Source: Squalus acanthias
Taxonomy: Eukaryota
DNA length: 64,000 bases
Assembly: GCA_030390025.1 (NCBI GenBank)
Contig: CM059433.1
Span: 28,584,001 to 28,648,000 of the forward strand
Reading direction: 5' to 3'
Shown here: positions 63,089-64,000 of the stretch, piece by piece
Position numbering within the stretch: the stretch's first letter is position 1
How the letters are laid out: the number at the start of each line of letters is the position of its first letter
Notes under the pieces: generated by a model
What the model saw: only the letters and a program-made list of their open reading frames with translations
The model's database searches: none
What the model was told of the DNA's origin: nothing
Translations under genes and position numbers: made by a program

Positions 63089-63514
63089 AGTGGACAATAC
63101 AACCATGAGTAGATTACAAAGTTGATCTTATTCAAATAAATACTGGGTCCAATCGGATCTTGTCATATTTTTGATCTATACTTTTTTTGTAAGGTAAATT
63201 CAAAAACATGTCTAAAATACAACTTAGCATTTACGTTGCATTGGAGGGCTATGTGCAGCAGAGGGCAGTGTTCAGTGCTTGGATGCCCATTGTTCCGTAC
63301 CCAAACGTCACATCCAATGGCTGTTACTTAGTAGGGCTGTCAGGAGGCATGAAGCATGGTAAAAATTAATTTACTATATTCAATAATTCTCTGCATAATT
63401 CTGGAAACAATTTCCAAAAGTTCAGGTGTGATGTAACAAGTAGAATAATGGAAGGTTCAGATAGACTTCAAATACATTTAGACAAACTGATTTTGAAAGA
63501 AAGAATTGACATAG

Positions 63515-63825
63515 CATGCATTTATATAGCGCCTTTCATGACCTCAGGACATCACAAAGTGCAGCCAATGAAGTTCTTCTGAAGTGTAATCACTGTTGTA
63601 ATGTAGGAAACGCAGCAGCCAATTTGTGCACTGTAAGCTCCCACAAACAGCAATGTAATAATGACCAGATACAGTAATCTGTTTTTCGTAATGCTGGTTG
63701 AGGGTAAATATTGGCCAGGACACCGGGAAGAACTCCCCCGCTCTTCTTCAAAATAGGGGCCATGGGATCTTTTACATCCCCCTGAGAGGGCAGACGGGGC
63801 CTCAGTTTAACGTCTCATCTGAAAG
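63515..63825 (-). mobile_element. DeuSINE 3' part
   Basis: Reverse-complement match. Confidence 0.85.
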
Positions 63826-64000
63826 ATCGATCTCTACAATATAATGTGAATATTCTGGCACTCCATGGATGTTACTTGAAACCTAATGTGGAAATGAGTA
63901 CTGGGAACTGGCACCAATACATTCACTGCTGTCACTTGCTATTATAAAAGAAACAAATTAAAAAGCTTGTGAAAATGTCGCCTTCCACACTTCCAGTCTC

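Overview
Repeat-dense vertebrate DNA, inferred to be from a cartilaginous fish (shark) because it carries many SacSINE1/DeuSINE-type SINEs, an HE1-type V-SINE and CR1 LINEs with matching 3' tails. I could not identify any intact host protein-coding gene; the window looks intronic or intergenic. The ORF track is almost all transposon relics (CR1 and CR1-group RT, L2, Penelope GIY-YIG, Harbinger transposase and Myb/SANT partner) or stop-free tandem repeats (23-, 14- and 33/36-bp minisatellites). The main find is three dispersed copies of a ~90-105-nt insert that starts with a minimal type I hammerhead ribozyme fold (CUGAnGA...GAAA core). The copies show compensatory base changes, and two have clear target-site duplications (TSDs). 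Other notable items: several PIF/Harbinger relics, one with an intact Myb/SANT exon; a CR1+unique-sequence unit present twice, plus a locally templated third piece; an inverted Penelope hairpin insert with a 14-bp TSD; an internally inverted RTE insert; and a V-SINE inserted just after the FADD motif of a CR1. Family names come from recalled motifs, not database searches. Repeat boundaries are approximate unless a TSD is quoted.
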